A stretch of 63,981 nt of DNA, the filler included. It is 6 parts of 6 records of this genome, joined end to end, with 100 filler letters (N's around TTAATTAATTAA, not from the genome) between each part and the next. Parts side by side here need not be neighbours in the genome. Positions count along the whole stretch, not along the records: positions 28,320 to 55,922 come from DRR723986_4185; 5 more parts are not named here. One strand, 5' to 3'. The stretch's first letter is position 1, and every line of letters starts with the position of its first letter. Under the pieces are notes generated by a model. The model worked only from the letters and a program-made list of their open reading frames with translations, was not told the DNA's origin and made no database searches. The position numbers were made by a program, and so were the translations under genes. Of the stretch, positions 38,896-48,147 are shown one piece after another.

Positions 38896-39777
38896 TTAAT
38901 TGGCTTTTGGAAGTGATACACTTGATTTATTGGCGGTTATGATTCCCTTAGGTTTGCTTTTTATTTGATAGTGATAGTATAGCCCTAGAAGTTGAACAGG
39001 GATCTTGATGGTGTCTTTTAGCTTTAACCTAGAATCACCGATCTCGGACCAGTAAAGCAGTGGGTATTCAAGCACTCCTTTTTGCAAGGTGGTTTTACCG
39101 AATTTTCCTTGTAGTCTGAGGAAGATTTCCACATCAAAAAGCCAAGGTGTCTGGAACTGGGTTTTAAATAAAAATGGGACGAGGTTTCTTTGGAAAATTT
39201 TAGCCCCGCATTGGGTGTCTTGAAAATTTGCTTTTAGAATAGACTTGATGATTTTTTTTATCACTTTACTAGCTAATGATCTACTATCGTCGCGTTTAAT
39301 CTCTGCACCCAAACGCTGAATTCTACTACCTACTATAGCACCGTATTTAGGATGATTTTCTTTATACTTTGCCATCATCAACCATTCCTCAGGCGTGGTA
39401 GCTAAATCTGCATCCAAAAATCCAATCAGGTTAGAATCGTAATTCTTATGGACAAATAACATTCCTTGTCTTACTGCCTCTGATTTACCTCCATTTTGAG
39501 GCATATCAAAAACCACAATATTCCCCGGGCTTTCAGTTTGAATACCTCTGAGCACCGCTAAGGTTTTATCCTTGCTGCCATCATTCACTAAGCAAAGCAA
39601 TACTTCAGGGTGGCTCTGGGCAAACGTTTTAAACTCTTGATACGCAAATCTTTTTTCCTCATTGTAGCAAGGGACTACGATGGCGTACCTATGCTGAATC
39701 TCTGGCTCGTATTTCAAAGCACTCTGAAGTAAATGATTGATTTCGTTTTGGTGTTTTTGAATTTGTATCGTTGTCAT
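38896..39777 (-). CDS. GT2 polyprenol-phosphate glycosyltransferase (DPM1/ALG5-like)
   Basis: VVPCYNE, VNDGSKD, NGGKSEAV, FLDADL, DTQCGAKIF, WLFDVE. Confidence 0.9.
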   Translation of the reverse strand: MTTIQIQKHQNEINHLLQSALKYEPEIQHRYAIVVPCYNEEKRFAYQEFKTFAQSHPEVLLCLVNDGSKDKTLAVLRGIQTESPGNIVVFDMPQNGGKSEAVRQGMLFVHKNYDSNLIGFLDADLATTPEEWLMMAKYKENHPKYGAIVGSRIQRLGAEIKRDDSRSLASKVIKKIIKSILKANFQDTQCGAKIFQRNLVPFLFKTQFQTPWLFDVEIFLRLQGKFGKTTLQKGVLEYPLLYWSEIGDSRLKLKDTIKIPVQLLGLYYHYQIKSKPKGIITANKSSVSLPKAN

Positions 39778-39807
39778 CCCAGTTGTTTTTCGGTGTGCCA
39801 ACATTTA

Positions 39808-39823
39808 TTCAAATCATAAACCA
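39808..39823 (-). promoter_or_regulatory. sigma54-like promoter of the glycosylation operon
   Basis: Minus strand TGGTTTATGATTTGAA (GG-N10-GA); IHF-like AATCAGCAACTTA on the minus strand at 39830-39842. Confidence 0.55.
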
Positions 39824-39876
39824 TTCTCATAAGTTGCTGATTAATAATAGCATAGGTATTTTCACTAATCTGTATT

Positions 39877-39910
39877 TTCCATATAATGGAAAAAATTCCA
39901 AAAAATGTAT
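39877..39910. promoter_or_regulatory. Tandem palindromic operator pair 2
   Basis: TTCCATATAATGGAA (39877-39891) and degenerate TTCCAAAAAATGTAT (39896-39910). Confidence 0.65.
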
Positions 39911-39954
39911 CCCTTCTATTTCCTTTTTGTAACTTATTGGACTAATGAAACGCT

Positions 39955-41307
39955 ATGAGCCAGTTTAAAATATTTATCGTGGAAGATGACCCTTGGTATG
40001 GTCAGATACTCGAATATCATTTGAGTTTAAATCCAGATTATAATGTCAATCTGTTTTCAACTGCCAAAGCTTGCCTTACAAAGCTCCACGAGAAGCCGGA
40101 CCTTATTACCGTAGATTTTTCCCTACCTGACTTATCTGGGGATAAGCTTTTTCAAAAGATCAAAGAGTTTGATCCTACTATTCCAGTCGTTGTAATTAGC
40201 TCCCAGGAGGATATAAGTGTAGCTGTGGGGCTACTTAAGGCAGGAGTCAGTGATTACCTGGTAAAAGATGAGGCAACAAAAGACCTGCTCTGGAACAGCG
40301 TAATTAAGATCAGGGAAAATCAATCGCTAAAAAAAGAAGTAGAGACTTTAAAAGAGGAGTTAGGACAAAAATTTTCTTTTGAAAAATCAATTCTGGGAAA
40401 TAGCCCAGTGCTGAAGAAAGTCTTCACATTGATCGAAAAGTCTATTCGAACCAATATCAATGTGTCTATCACCGGTGAGACTGGTACAGGTAAAGAGGTG
40501 GTGGCAAAAGCAATCCATTATAATAGCGATCGAAAGAAAAAGAGCTTCGTGGCAGTAAACATGGCTGCTATACCAAAAGATCTAATTGAAAGTGAGCTGT
40601 TCGGATATGAAAAAGGAGCTTTCACTGGAGCAATGAGTCGTAAAATAGGCAAGTTTGAGGAGGCTATAGGAGGTACAATTTTTCTGGACGAAATCGCTGA
40701 AATGGACCTTAATCTTCAATCAAAATTGCTCAGGGTTTTGCAAGAGCGAGAGTTGACCAGGGTGGGAGGGAATGAATCCGTGAAGTTGGATGTAAGGGTG
40801 ATTACTGCGACGCATAAGAATCTCTCTGAAGAGGTGCGAAAAGGGAATTTTAGAGAAGATCTATTTTTCAGGGTGATGGGATTGCCGATAGATTTGCCTC
40901 CCTTGAGAGAGCGAGGTTCCGATGTGCTGATATTGGCGAAGCATTTTATAAGCGAATTTGCCAAGAGCAATAAAATCCCGCCACTTTCGCTTTCAACAGA
41001 CGCAAAGGATAAACTATTGAAATATCCATTCCCAGGGAATATACGAGAGCTGAAAGCGGTGATAGACTTGGCTGCTGTAATGGCTGATGAGGGAGAAATC
41101 AAAGGAGAAGATATTAGTTTCTTTTCTCTGCAGAAAGAGAATGTTTTTCTAATGGAAAATAAAACACTCAGGCAACACACCTGTGATATCGTCAATCACT
41201 ATTTAAAGAAAAATAATGGCGATGTGATAGAAACGGCTAAGGTTTTGGATATTGGGAAAAGTACGATTTATAAAATGATTCAGGAGGGGGAAATTAACAC
41301 TGAGTGA
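39955..41307 (+). CDS. NtrC-family sigma54-dependent response regulator
   Basis: REC (VEDD...TVDFSLP), [37 protein letters not shown]-terminal HTH. Confidence 0.95.
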   Translation: MSQFKIFIVEDDPWYGQILEYHLSLNPDYNVNLFSTAKACLTKLHEKPDLITVDFSLPDLSGDKLFQKIKEFDPTIPVVVISSQEDISVAVGLLKAGVSDYLVKDEATKDLLWNSVIKIRENQSLKKEVETLKEELGQKFSFEKSILGNSPVLKKVFTLIEKSIRTNINVSITGETGTGKEVVAKAIHYNSDRKKKSFVAVNMAAIPKDLIESELFGYEKGAFTGAMSRKIGKFEEAIGGTIFLDEIAEMDLNLQSKLLRVLQERELTRVGGNESVKLDVRVITATHKNLSEEVRKGNFREDLFFRVMGLPIDLPPLRERGSDVLILAKHFISEFAKSNKIPPLSLSTDAKDKLLKYPFPGNIRELKAVIDLAAVMADEGEIKGEDISFFSLQKENVFLMENKTLRQHTCDIVNHYLKKNNGDVIETAKVLDIGKSTIYKMIQEGEINTE

Positions 41308-41342
41308 TTCCAGAATCTGGAATGATCTTCCAGTATTAGGAA
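41308..41342. promoter_or_regulatory. Tandem palindromic operator pair 3 (upstream of the H-NOX operon)
   Basis: TTCCAGAATCTGGAA (41308-41322) and TTCCAGTATTAGGAA (41328-41342); weak sigma54-like TTGGCTTGATTTTTCT at 41405-41420. Confidence 0.7.
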
Positions 41343-41450
41343 TTTGAAGTGGTTTTATAGTTAGTAATCCTTAGTAAATACCCAAATAGGAGGGGGTAGT
41401 GGACTTGGCTTGATTTTTCTTTAGGTAAATGAAATACAACCTAAAGCACT

Positions 41451-41993
41451 ATGTACGGATTAGTAAATAAATCAATTCAGGAACTCATTACCACTAATTT
41501 TGGAGAGGAGAAGTGGGATATTATCAAATTAAACAGTGGGATAGAAATTGATTATTTCATCAGTACTGAGCCCTATGATGATTCAATAACTTTTAAATTA
41601 GCACAAGCTGCCTCGGAAGAATTAAATGTCTCAGTAGATGAAATTTTGTTTGTCTTTGGAGAATGGTGGATTTTAAAAACCGGCAATGAGAAGTATGGAG
41701 GCTTAATGAAAGCTGGCGGGAATAATCTAAAAGAGTTTTTAATTAACCTACCACTCTTTCATGATCGAATTATGTTGCTTTATCCAAAGCTGACTCCTCC
41801 GGAGTTTGAAATAGCAGAGATTGAGGAGAATTCATTAGTACTATATTACATTTCAAAACGAGATGGATTGGTGGGTTTTATGAAAGGATTACTTTCAGGA
41901 TTAGGGAAATTGTTTGAAACCCCTGTAGAAATTGACCATATTAACAGTAAAGAAAATGGACATGATAATGAAGTTTTTAAAGTAAGCTGGTGA
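41451..41993 (+). CDS. H-NOX (heme nitric oxide/oxygen binding) protein
   Basis: MYGLVN start, YDD, proximal His104, Pro117, Y133-x-S-x-R137 heme motif. Confidence 0.95.
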   Translation: MYGLVNKSIQELITTNFGEEKWDIIKLNSGIEIDYFISTEPYDDSITFKLAQAASEELNVSVDEILFVFGEWWILKTGNEKYGGLMKAGGNNLKEFLINLPLFHDRIMLLYPKLTPPEFEIAEIEENSLVLYYISKRDGLVGFMKGLLSGLGKLFETPVEIDHINSKENGHDNEVFKVSW

Positions 41994-44900
41994 GCAAGGA
42001 TGATTTAAATATTGAAGTAAAAAAAAGTCATATTGATCGGACTTTTCCTTTTCACTTCGCGGTTTTAAAGAGTGGAACTATTGGTTTTTTTGGTTCTAGT
42101 TTTCTAAAAATGATGGGCGATGTCAAAGGGAAATTATTTAGTGACATTTTTCTTATTGAGCGCCCGCGAGATACGAAGTTCGAGTTTGATCAACTCGCAA
42201 AAACACAGCAAAAAACTTTCTTATTAAGGACAAAGTCATCTAACTCCACTCTTTTTAGGGGACAGTTCGAATATTTTGAAGATAATGACATTCTGCTATT
42301 CCTTGGTTCACCTTGGTTCAGTTCTATCGAAGAGTTAGTGGCTAACGATTTGTCAATCTCTGACTTTGCGCCCCTAGATCCTTTAGTTGACCTCCTGCAT
42401 TTAATCAAAAATCAAGAGTTGGTTACTTCTGACTTGAAAGAACTCCTAGGGACGATTACTCAGCAAAAAGAGAGGCTTGAAAACTTGTCGTATGTCGCTA
42501 GTGCAAATGCAGACGGGATCATATTCACAGATGAGAATGGCTTAATAACTTATGTGAATAAAGGATATCTGGATGAAACTGGGTACCAAATAGATGAGGT
42601 GCTAGGTAAAACTCCCATTGAAATCGGTATTGGAGATCAAACTGAAAAGCCTGAAATCCATAAAATGATAGATGCTTTTTATAATAAAGAGCAATTTAAA
42701 ATAGAACTAAAGCATTACCGCAAGGATGGTACTTGGTTTTGGTCTAGAGTTAAAGGGCAGGTGGTTCTTGATAAAAAAGGTAATTTTCTACACTTCTTCA
42801 CGCTGTTGGAAAATGTCACGGAAGAAAAAGAATCCAAGAATAAGATTAAAGTATTTGAAGATACCTTTAGACAGGTATTGGAATTTTCTGGGGATAATAT
42901 TTGGGAACATGATTTTAGGACTGGAAAGACAAGTTTTTCTAATCAGGCAAAAAACTTCCTAGGTCTTAAATTTGACCAAAACACAAATCTTGAAGATGTG
43001 TGGTATGCTCACGTATACTCTGAAGATTTGATTTTACTAGAAGAAAACGATAAGAAATACAAAAACGGGGAGATTTCATCACATCAGCTAGAATACAGGA
43101 TGCTGCATGAAGATGGAAGTATAAAATGGGTAAAGGACAGAGGAATCGTAATTGAAAAGGATAAAAATGGGGTTCCTCTTAAAATTATAGGAACTCATTC
43201 TGATATCACTGATCAGAAAGACTCAGAAAAAGAGCTGGTAAACCTCAATACTAAATTGGGTAGCGTTTTAAATGAATTGAGAGATGTAATCTGGTCAGTC
43301 AGCTATCCTAATATGAACAGTATATTTTTTACACCTTCAGCCGAAGATCTTTTCGAGTTGCACCTGGACACCATGATGAATGATAAATCCTGGTGGGAAA
43401 AATCAATTCATCCAGAGGATAAACATGTCTTAAGCGATATCATTAAGGAGGTAGGTATTAATCATGAATATGTCAAAGAATACCGCATTGTTACTACATC
43501 CCAGAAGGTAAAATGGGTTCAAAATAAAGGGAAGCTAATTTTTGAGGATGGCATACCAGTAAGAATGAATGGGATTTTGGTGGATATCACCGAGCGTAAA
43601 AAGACGGAAGCACTCATAAAATCCCAAGAACAACTCAAAAATATTTTAATCGACATCTCCTCGACCTATATCAATATTGATTTAGAGGAGGTGGATATGA
43701 AAATAAATGCTTCATTGGAGAAAATCGGAGAGTTTGTCAATGCTGACCGTGCTTATCTTTTTTCCTATGATTTAAATGCTTTGACATGCTCCTGCACACA
43801 TGAGTGGTGTGCCCCTGGAATATCCCAAGAAATAGAAAATACTCAAAACGTTCCTTTGGAATATGTTCCTCAATGGTTTGAAGTCCATTCTAAAGGAGAA
43901 TCCTTCTTAGTGGAAGATGTCTCCTTGTTAAAAGAACAGGGGATGGATGGTTTATATGATGTTCTTGAGCCTCAAGGGATCAAAAGCCTAATCACAATTC
44001 CGATGATGATTAAAGACGAACTTTTGGGTTTTGTCGGCTTTGATTCAGTTAAAAAACAACATTCATACTCCAAAAAAGAAGTTGAGTTATTATTTGTATT
44101 TGCACAAATGCTAGTCAATGTGCAAAAGAGAAAGCAATCCGAAAAAAGACTCTTCCAACAGGAAGAAAAATTCAGAAATATTATTTCAAATATGAATTTG
44201 GGTCTTTTGGAAGTAGACCTTGAAGAGAATGTACTCCATGCAAATCAAACATTCTGTAAAATGGCTGATCGTAAATTGGAGGAGTTGGTAGGGAAGAAGG
44301 CTACAGATTTACTTTTGAATCCTGGAGATAAAGAAAGGCTCTTACAAAAGTCAGAAAGCAGAAAAACCGGGATTTCAGATTCATATGAGTTAAAGTACAA
44401 GAGGCCAAATGGAGAATATAGATGGTGGTTTATCAGTGGAGCGCCTAATTACAACGATAACAATGAGCTAATCGGCTCTATAGGTATACATCTTGATATC
44501 ACCGATCAGAAGAGGTTGGAAGAGGAATTAATCAGGCAAAAAGAGGAGGCGGAAAAGTCGAAACGAGCAAAGGAAATTTTCTTTGCAAATATGAGTCATG
44601 AGATAAGAACGCCAATGAATGCTATTGTAGGAATGGGTGAGCAATTGGCGAAAATCAGTCAAAATGATCAACAGACGAAATACATAAAAGCTATCCAAAA
44701 TTCCGCAAGCCATTTGATGGTCGTTATCAAAGATATTTTGGATTTGTCCAAACTCGAAGCCGGTAAGATGACTATTGAATCAATAGGATTTAAACCTAAA
44801 AACATTGTGGACCATGTGTTTGCCATGATGAATGACAAGGCAGAGATGAAAGGGTTGGATTTCGCTATTTTAAATTTCGACAGCAGAATTAAAGAGGTTT

Positions 44901-46066
44901 TGATAGGGGATCCTATTAGAATTAGCCAAATCCTGCTTAACCTTCTGTCTAATGCTGTAAAGTTTACTGAAAAAGGCAAAGTATACATTACATGTGATCT
45001 TATTTCTGAAAACAATCAGAAGCAGGAAATCAAGTTTACCGTAGTAGATACGGGAATAGGCATGGAGGAGTCTTTTATCAAAAGTAATTTCGAGAAATAC
45101 GTCCAGGAGGATACCACTATAACAAGAAAATATGGAGGTACTGGCTTAGGGTTGAGTATATCAAAGGAGCTTACCCAGCTTATGGGAGGGGAAATGCAGA
45201 TTGAATCCGAAAAAGGAGTTGGAACAAAAATTTCAGTGAAATTAGCGTTACTAAAAGGCAGCTCGAATGATCTTCCAAAGGATCTTCCTGTTTCCATAGA
45301 CTATGGGATGCTGAAAGGAAAGAAAGTGTTAATCGTAGATGATAATGAATTCAACCGACTTCTGGCAAGCACTATTTTGGAGCAGCATGATATTATTACT
45401 ACCTCTGCTGTCAATGGACAAGACGCCGTAGATTTATTAAGGGAAGAAGTTTTCGATATAGTTTTGATGGACGTTCAGATGCCAATAATGGATGGGATTA
45501 TGGCTACCAAAATAATAAGAGAAGACTTAAAGCTTGAAGTGCCAATCGTTGCTTTGACTGCTTTTGCGATGAAAGGAGATATGGAGAAATACCTTTCTAA
45601 AGGAATGAATAGTTTTTTGGCTAAACCATTTAAGGAGAGTGAGCTACTGCATATTGTTTCCCAATTGTTAAAAGGCAAGCCAGTTCAGAATTACATCGGC
45701 AGTTTGAAGGTGAAAGAGGAAAAGGAGAGATATTCTTTAGATGAGTTAAAGGCTATTTCTAAGGGTAATTCGGAGTTCATGGCGAAAATGATCGAAACAT
45801 TCCATACAAGCATACTGGAGTCGGTAGACCAGGCTGTTGAAGCTTTTGAACGGGAAGATTTTGATCAAGTAAGAAAACTGGCTCATAAGATCAAGCCCTC
45901 TATTAAGATGTTGAATATTCATGAAATCATTGACGAAGTCGTTGAAGTAGAGCTGGAAGTAATGAGCCAAAAACGGTCTGAAAGAATGGTTTATTTAATG
46001 GGTCATATCGATCAAGTTCTCAAGTGGGTAGCTAAGGACATGAAATCAATTAACAATGAAAAGTAA
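41990..46066 (+). CDS. Cytoplasmic hybrid histidine kinase: HNOBA, multiple PAS, GAF, PAS, HisKA/HATPase, REC, Hpt
   Basis: N-terminal FPFH...LFLGSPW...SDFAPLD (HNOBA); PAS/PAC repeats; NADRAYLF (GAF); ANMSHEIRTP, NLLSNAVKFT, GGTGLGL; LMDVQMP; AHKIKPS; GTGA overlap with H-NOX. Confidence 0.93.
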   Translation: MSKDDLNIEVKKSHIDRTFPFHFAVLKSGTIGFFGSSFLKMMGDVKGKLFSDIFLIERPRDTKFEFDQLAKTQQKTFLLRTKSSNSTLFRGQFEYFEDNDILLFLGSPWFSSIEELVANDLSISDFAPLDPLVDLLHLIKNQELVTSDLKELLGTITQQKERLENLSYVASANADGIIFTDENGLITYVNKGYLDETGYQIDEVLGKTPIEIGIGDQTEKPEIHKMIDAFYNKEQFKIELKHYRKDGTWFWSRVKGQVVLDKKGNFLHFFTLLENVTEEKESKNKIKVFEDTFRQVLEFSGDNIWEHDFRTGKTSFSNQAKNFLGLKFDQNTNLEDVWYAHVYSEDLILLEENDKKYKNGEISSHQLEYRMLHEDGSIKWVKDRGIVIEKDKNGVPLKIIGTHSDITDQKDSEKELVNLNTKLGSVLNELRDVIWSVSYPNMNSIFFTPSAEDLFELHLDTMMNDKSWWEKSIHPEDKHVLSDIIKEVGINHEYVKEYRIVTTSQKVKWVQNKGKLIFEDGIPVRMNGILVDITERKKTEALIKSQEQLKNILIDISSTYINIDLEEVDMKINASLEKIGEFVNADRAYLFSYDLNALTCSCTHEWCAPGISQEIENTQNVPLEYVPQWFEVHSKGESFLVEDVSLLKEQGMDGLYDVLEPQGIKSLITIPMMIKDELLGFVGFDSVKKQHSYSKKEVELLFVFAQMLVNVQKRKQSEKRLFQQEEKFRNIISNMNLGLLEVDLEENVLHANQTFCKMADRKLEELVGKKATDLLLNPGDKERLLQKSESRKTGISDSYELKYKRPNGEYRWWFISGAPNYNDNNELIGSIGIHLDITDQKRLEEELIRQKEEAEKSKRAKEIFFANMSHEIRTPMNAIVGMGEQLAKISQNDQQTKYIKAIQNSASHLMVVIKDILDLSKLEAGKMTIESIGFKPKNIVDHVFAMMNDKAEMKGLDFAILNFDSRIKEVLIGDPIRISQILLNLLSNAVKFTEKGKVYITCDLISENNQKQEIKFTVVDTGIGMEESFIKSNFEKYVQEDTTITRKYGGTGLGLSISKELTQLMGGEMQIESEKGVGTKISVKLALLKGSSNDLPKDLPVSIDYGMLKGKKVLIVDDNEFNRLLASTILEQHDIITTSAVNGQDAVDLLREEVFDIVLMDVQMPIMDGIMATKIIREDLKLEVPIVALTAFAMKGDMEKYLSKGMNSFLAKPFKESELLHIVSQLLKGKPVQNYIGSLKVKEEKERYSLDELKAISKGNSEFMAKMIETFHTSILESVDQAVEAFEREDFDQVRKLAHKIKPSIKMLNIHEIIDEVVEVELEVMSQKRSERMVYLMGHIDQVLKWVAKDMKSINNEK

Positions 46067-46550
46067 GGAGGAAATATTTGAATACGCAGAATCTCTTGTC
46101 CTAAACCTAGGATTTGAAATTAAAGAACAGGACAGAATGCGTCCCTGGGGCGGTTTTCTTGTCCTGAATGAAAGCCAAGCCTCGCAATTTGCCAAGGAGT
46201 TTTTCCCAGAAGAGGATTTTGAATCCTTGAAGATTTCCGAAAAGCTGAGTCCAAAGATTTTATTGGTGGCTCCTAACAAACGGCTGAGTTGGCAATATCA
46301 TTTTAGAAGAGCTGAGATTTGGAGATGTATTGCGGGTGAAGTGGCAGTTGCCAAAAGTGATAATGATGTTGAAAAAGAAATCATTACTCTTTCCAAGGGA
46401 GATAAAGTTAAACTGAAACAAGGGGAAAGGCATAGACTGATTGGATTGGATGATTGGGGAGTTGTAGCTGAAATCTGGCAACATACAGATGCTTCCAATC
46501 CGTCGGACGAAGAAGATATAGTTAGGCTGGAAGATGATTTCGGCAGGTGA
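46056..46550 (+). CDS. Stand-alone type II phosphomannose isomerase-like cupin
   Basis: RPWGGF, LSWQYHFRRAEIW, HRL, EEDIVRLEDDFGR match the C-terminal domain of bifunctional PMI-GMP. Confidence 0.85.
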   Translation: MKSKEEIFEYAESLVLNLGFEIKEQDRMRPWGGFLVLNESQASQFAKEFFPEEDFESLKISEKLSPKILLVAPNKRLSWQYHFRRAEIWRCIAGEVAVAKSDNDVEKEIITLSKGDKVKLKQGERHRLIGLDDWGVVAEIWQHTDASNPSDEEDIVRLEDDFGR

Positions 46551-46566
46551 ACTAGCCAGGATATGA

Positions 46567-46601
46567 TTCCAATTTCTAGAAATTAATTCCAAATACTGGA
46601 A
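46567..46601. promoter_or_regulatory. Tandem palindromic operator pair 4
   Basis: TTCCAATTTCTAGAA (46567-46581) and TTCCAAATACTGGAA (46587-46601); sigma54-like TTGGTCTCAATTTGGAA at 46652-46668. Confidence 0.68.
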
Positions 46602-46607
46602 TACTGT

Positions 46608-46652
46608 AACTAAAAAAGTGCCTTATAGCTATTCTAAGGCACTTTTTTAGTT
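46608..46652. terminator. Perfect 18-bp inverted repeat, probable bidirectional terminator
   Basis: AACTAAAAAAGTGCCTTA-N9-TAAGGCACTTTTTTAGTT. Confidence 0.75.
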
Positions 46653-46691
46653 TGGTCTCAATTTGGAATATAGAGATAGAAATTGGAAAAC

Positions 46692-47078
46692 ATGAAAAAC
46701 ATAAAAATTTTACCAGCCTTTATAGTAGATGACGATCCTTTCTGGACTGCTATCCTAAAGCAAATCCTCACCGAGCTAGGATTTACGAAAATCCACACAT
46801 TTGAGGACGGTGTAGATTGTCTAAATCACATCCACCTCAATCCAGGATTGATTTTTTTGGATTACCAGATGGAAAATTCAAATGGACTGGAAATCCTCCA
46901 GGAAGTGAAAAATTACTTTCCAGGAATTGAAGTTGTTTTTTGCACGGCCTTAGAAAGTCTTGAGGTGGCAATTGCCGCCATAGAACACGGGTCAGTGGAG
47001 TATTTGCTGAAAAGTAACGTCACTGAGGAGTTGGTGAAAGATATAGTAAACAACTTCCAATCCGCCAAACTAGCCTAA
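46692..47078 (+). CDS. Single-domain response regulator
   Basis: IVDDD...FLDYQM...CTA...YLLKS receiver motifs. Confidence 0.9.
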   Translation: MKNIKILPAFIVDDDPFWTAILKQILTELGFTKIHTFEDGVDCLNHIHLNPGLIFLDYQMENSNGLEILQEVKNYFPGIEVVFCTALESLEVAIAAIEHGSVEYLLKSNVTEELVKDIVNNFQSAKLA

Positions 47079-47091
47079 ACCACAAGTCTCC

Positions 47092-47814
47092 ATGCCATTT
47101 ACATTTTCACATCCAGCAGCTGTTCTTCCTTTTACTAAGCCTAACAAGCGTCTTTCTCAGACGGGATTGGTGATAGGAAGTCTTGTGCCTGATCTGGAGT
47201 TTTACTTCAAACTAAAACTTGGTGAAAATATAGGGCATACACTTCCCGGGGTGATATTATTCGATCTTCCGGTGGCGCTACTGGTCGCTTTTCTATTTCA
47301 TGGTTTGGTGAAAAAACCATTGTATAACGCAAGTCCTGCTAAGATTCAGATGAAAGTCGCAGGGCAGGTCAACTTGGATTGGAATAAATTCTTTACGCAA
47401 AATTGGACCTGGGTAGTGATGTCTATAACAATTGGAATCGCTACTCATTTGATTTTGGACGGTATGACTCACTATGATGGTTGGGTGGTGGCTTTGTTGC
47501 CTTTATTACAGCATGAGATTTTCACTATTGCGGTATATGATCTATTACAATATGGTCTTAGTGTCCTAGGGTTGGTCATGGTGGCCGGGGTACTTATTTC
47601 ATTGGAATCCATGCCAGAGGCTAATGCTGCCAAGTTTGGGAAAAACAGATTTTGGTTATTGGTGTCAATAGGATTCACAGCAGCAATCCTGTCAAGAATT
47701 TATTTGTTTCCCGAGTTTATTTCCTTTTGGGATGTGTTTATGATGTGTGTAGGGGGGCTATTTTATGGGTTGATCTTAGCTGCTTTGATTTTAAGGATTG
47801 CAGACAATTCACGT
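47092..47814 (+). CDS. DUF4184 family membrane protein (putative metal-dependent hydrolase); no stop codon, frame stays open to 49782
   Basis: MPFTFSHPAAVLP, GSLVPD, GHT, THLILDGMTH motifs; end coordinate approximate. Confidence 0.8.
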
Positions 47815-48147
47815 TTAAGCCGTCATAGCAAGAGCAATAAACTTATCAATTCCCGAGGTACTAATCCAGGGTTCAAAAGTAGAGCCCTTTTGATAGAGAA
47901 GAATGAATTTAATGGAAAGTTCGGTCAAGGTATAGTGCAGGTGAATGACTTCATTGACAAACCCCAAATCGTTGTCGGTCAAGTTTCTGATGTCCAGGTA
48001 AACCAAATTTGTATCACTGGCAGTAATTTCTGGAAGTCTGCTTCTGAGAAGTTCAGTCGCATTGCCTTTAGCCTCTCCTCTTATTTGAACTTTAAGCGCG
48101 GGTTTGTTTTCTCCTGTGATCAAAAATTCGCTGATCTGAATATCCAT
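47815..48147 (-). CDS. STAS-domain protein (anti-anti-sigma-like), nested antisense in the 47092-49782 ORF
   Basis: KVQIRGE..ELLRSRL..LVYLDIRNLTDNDLGFVNEVIHLH..KFILL..ISTSGIDKFI follows the STAS consensus; phospho-acceptor Ser replaced by Leu. Confidence 0.75.
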   Translation of the reverse strand: MDIQISEFLITGENKPALKVQIRGEAKGNATELLRSRLPEITASDTNLVYLDIRNLTDNDLGFVNEVIHLHYTLTELSIKFILLYQKGSTFEPWISTSGIDKFIALAMTA

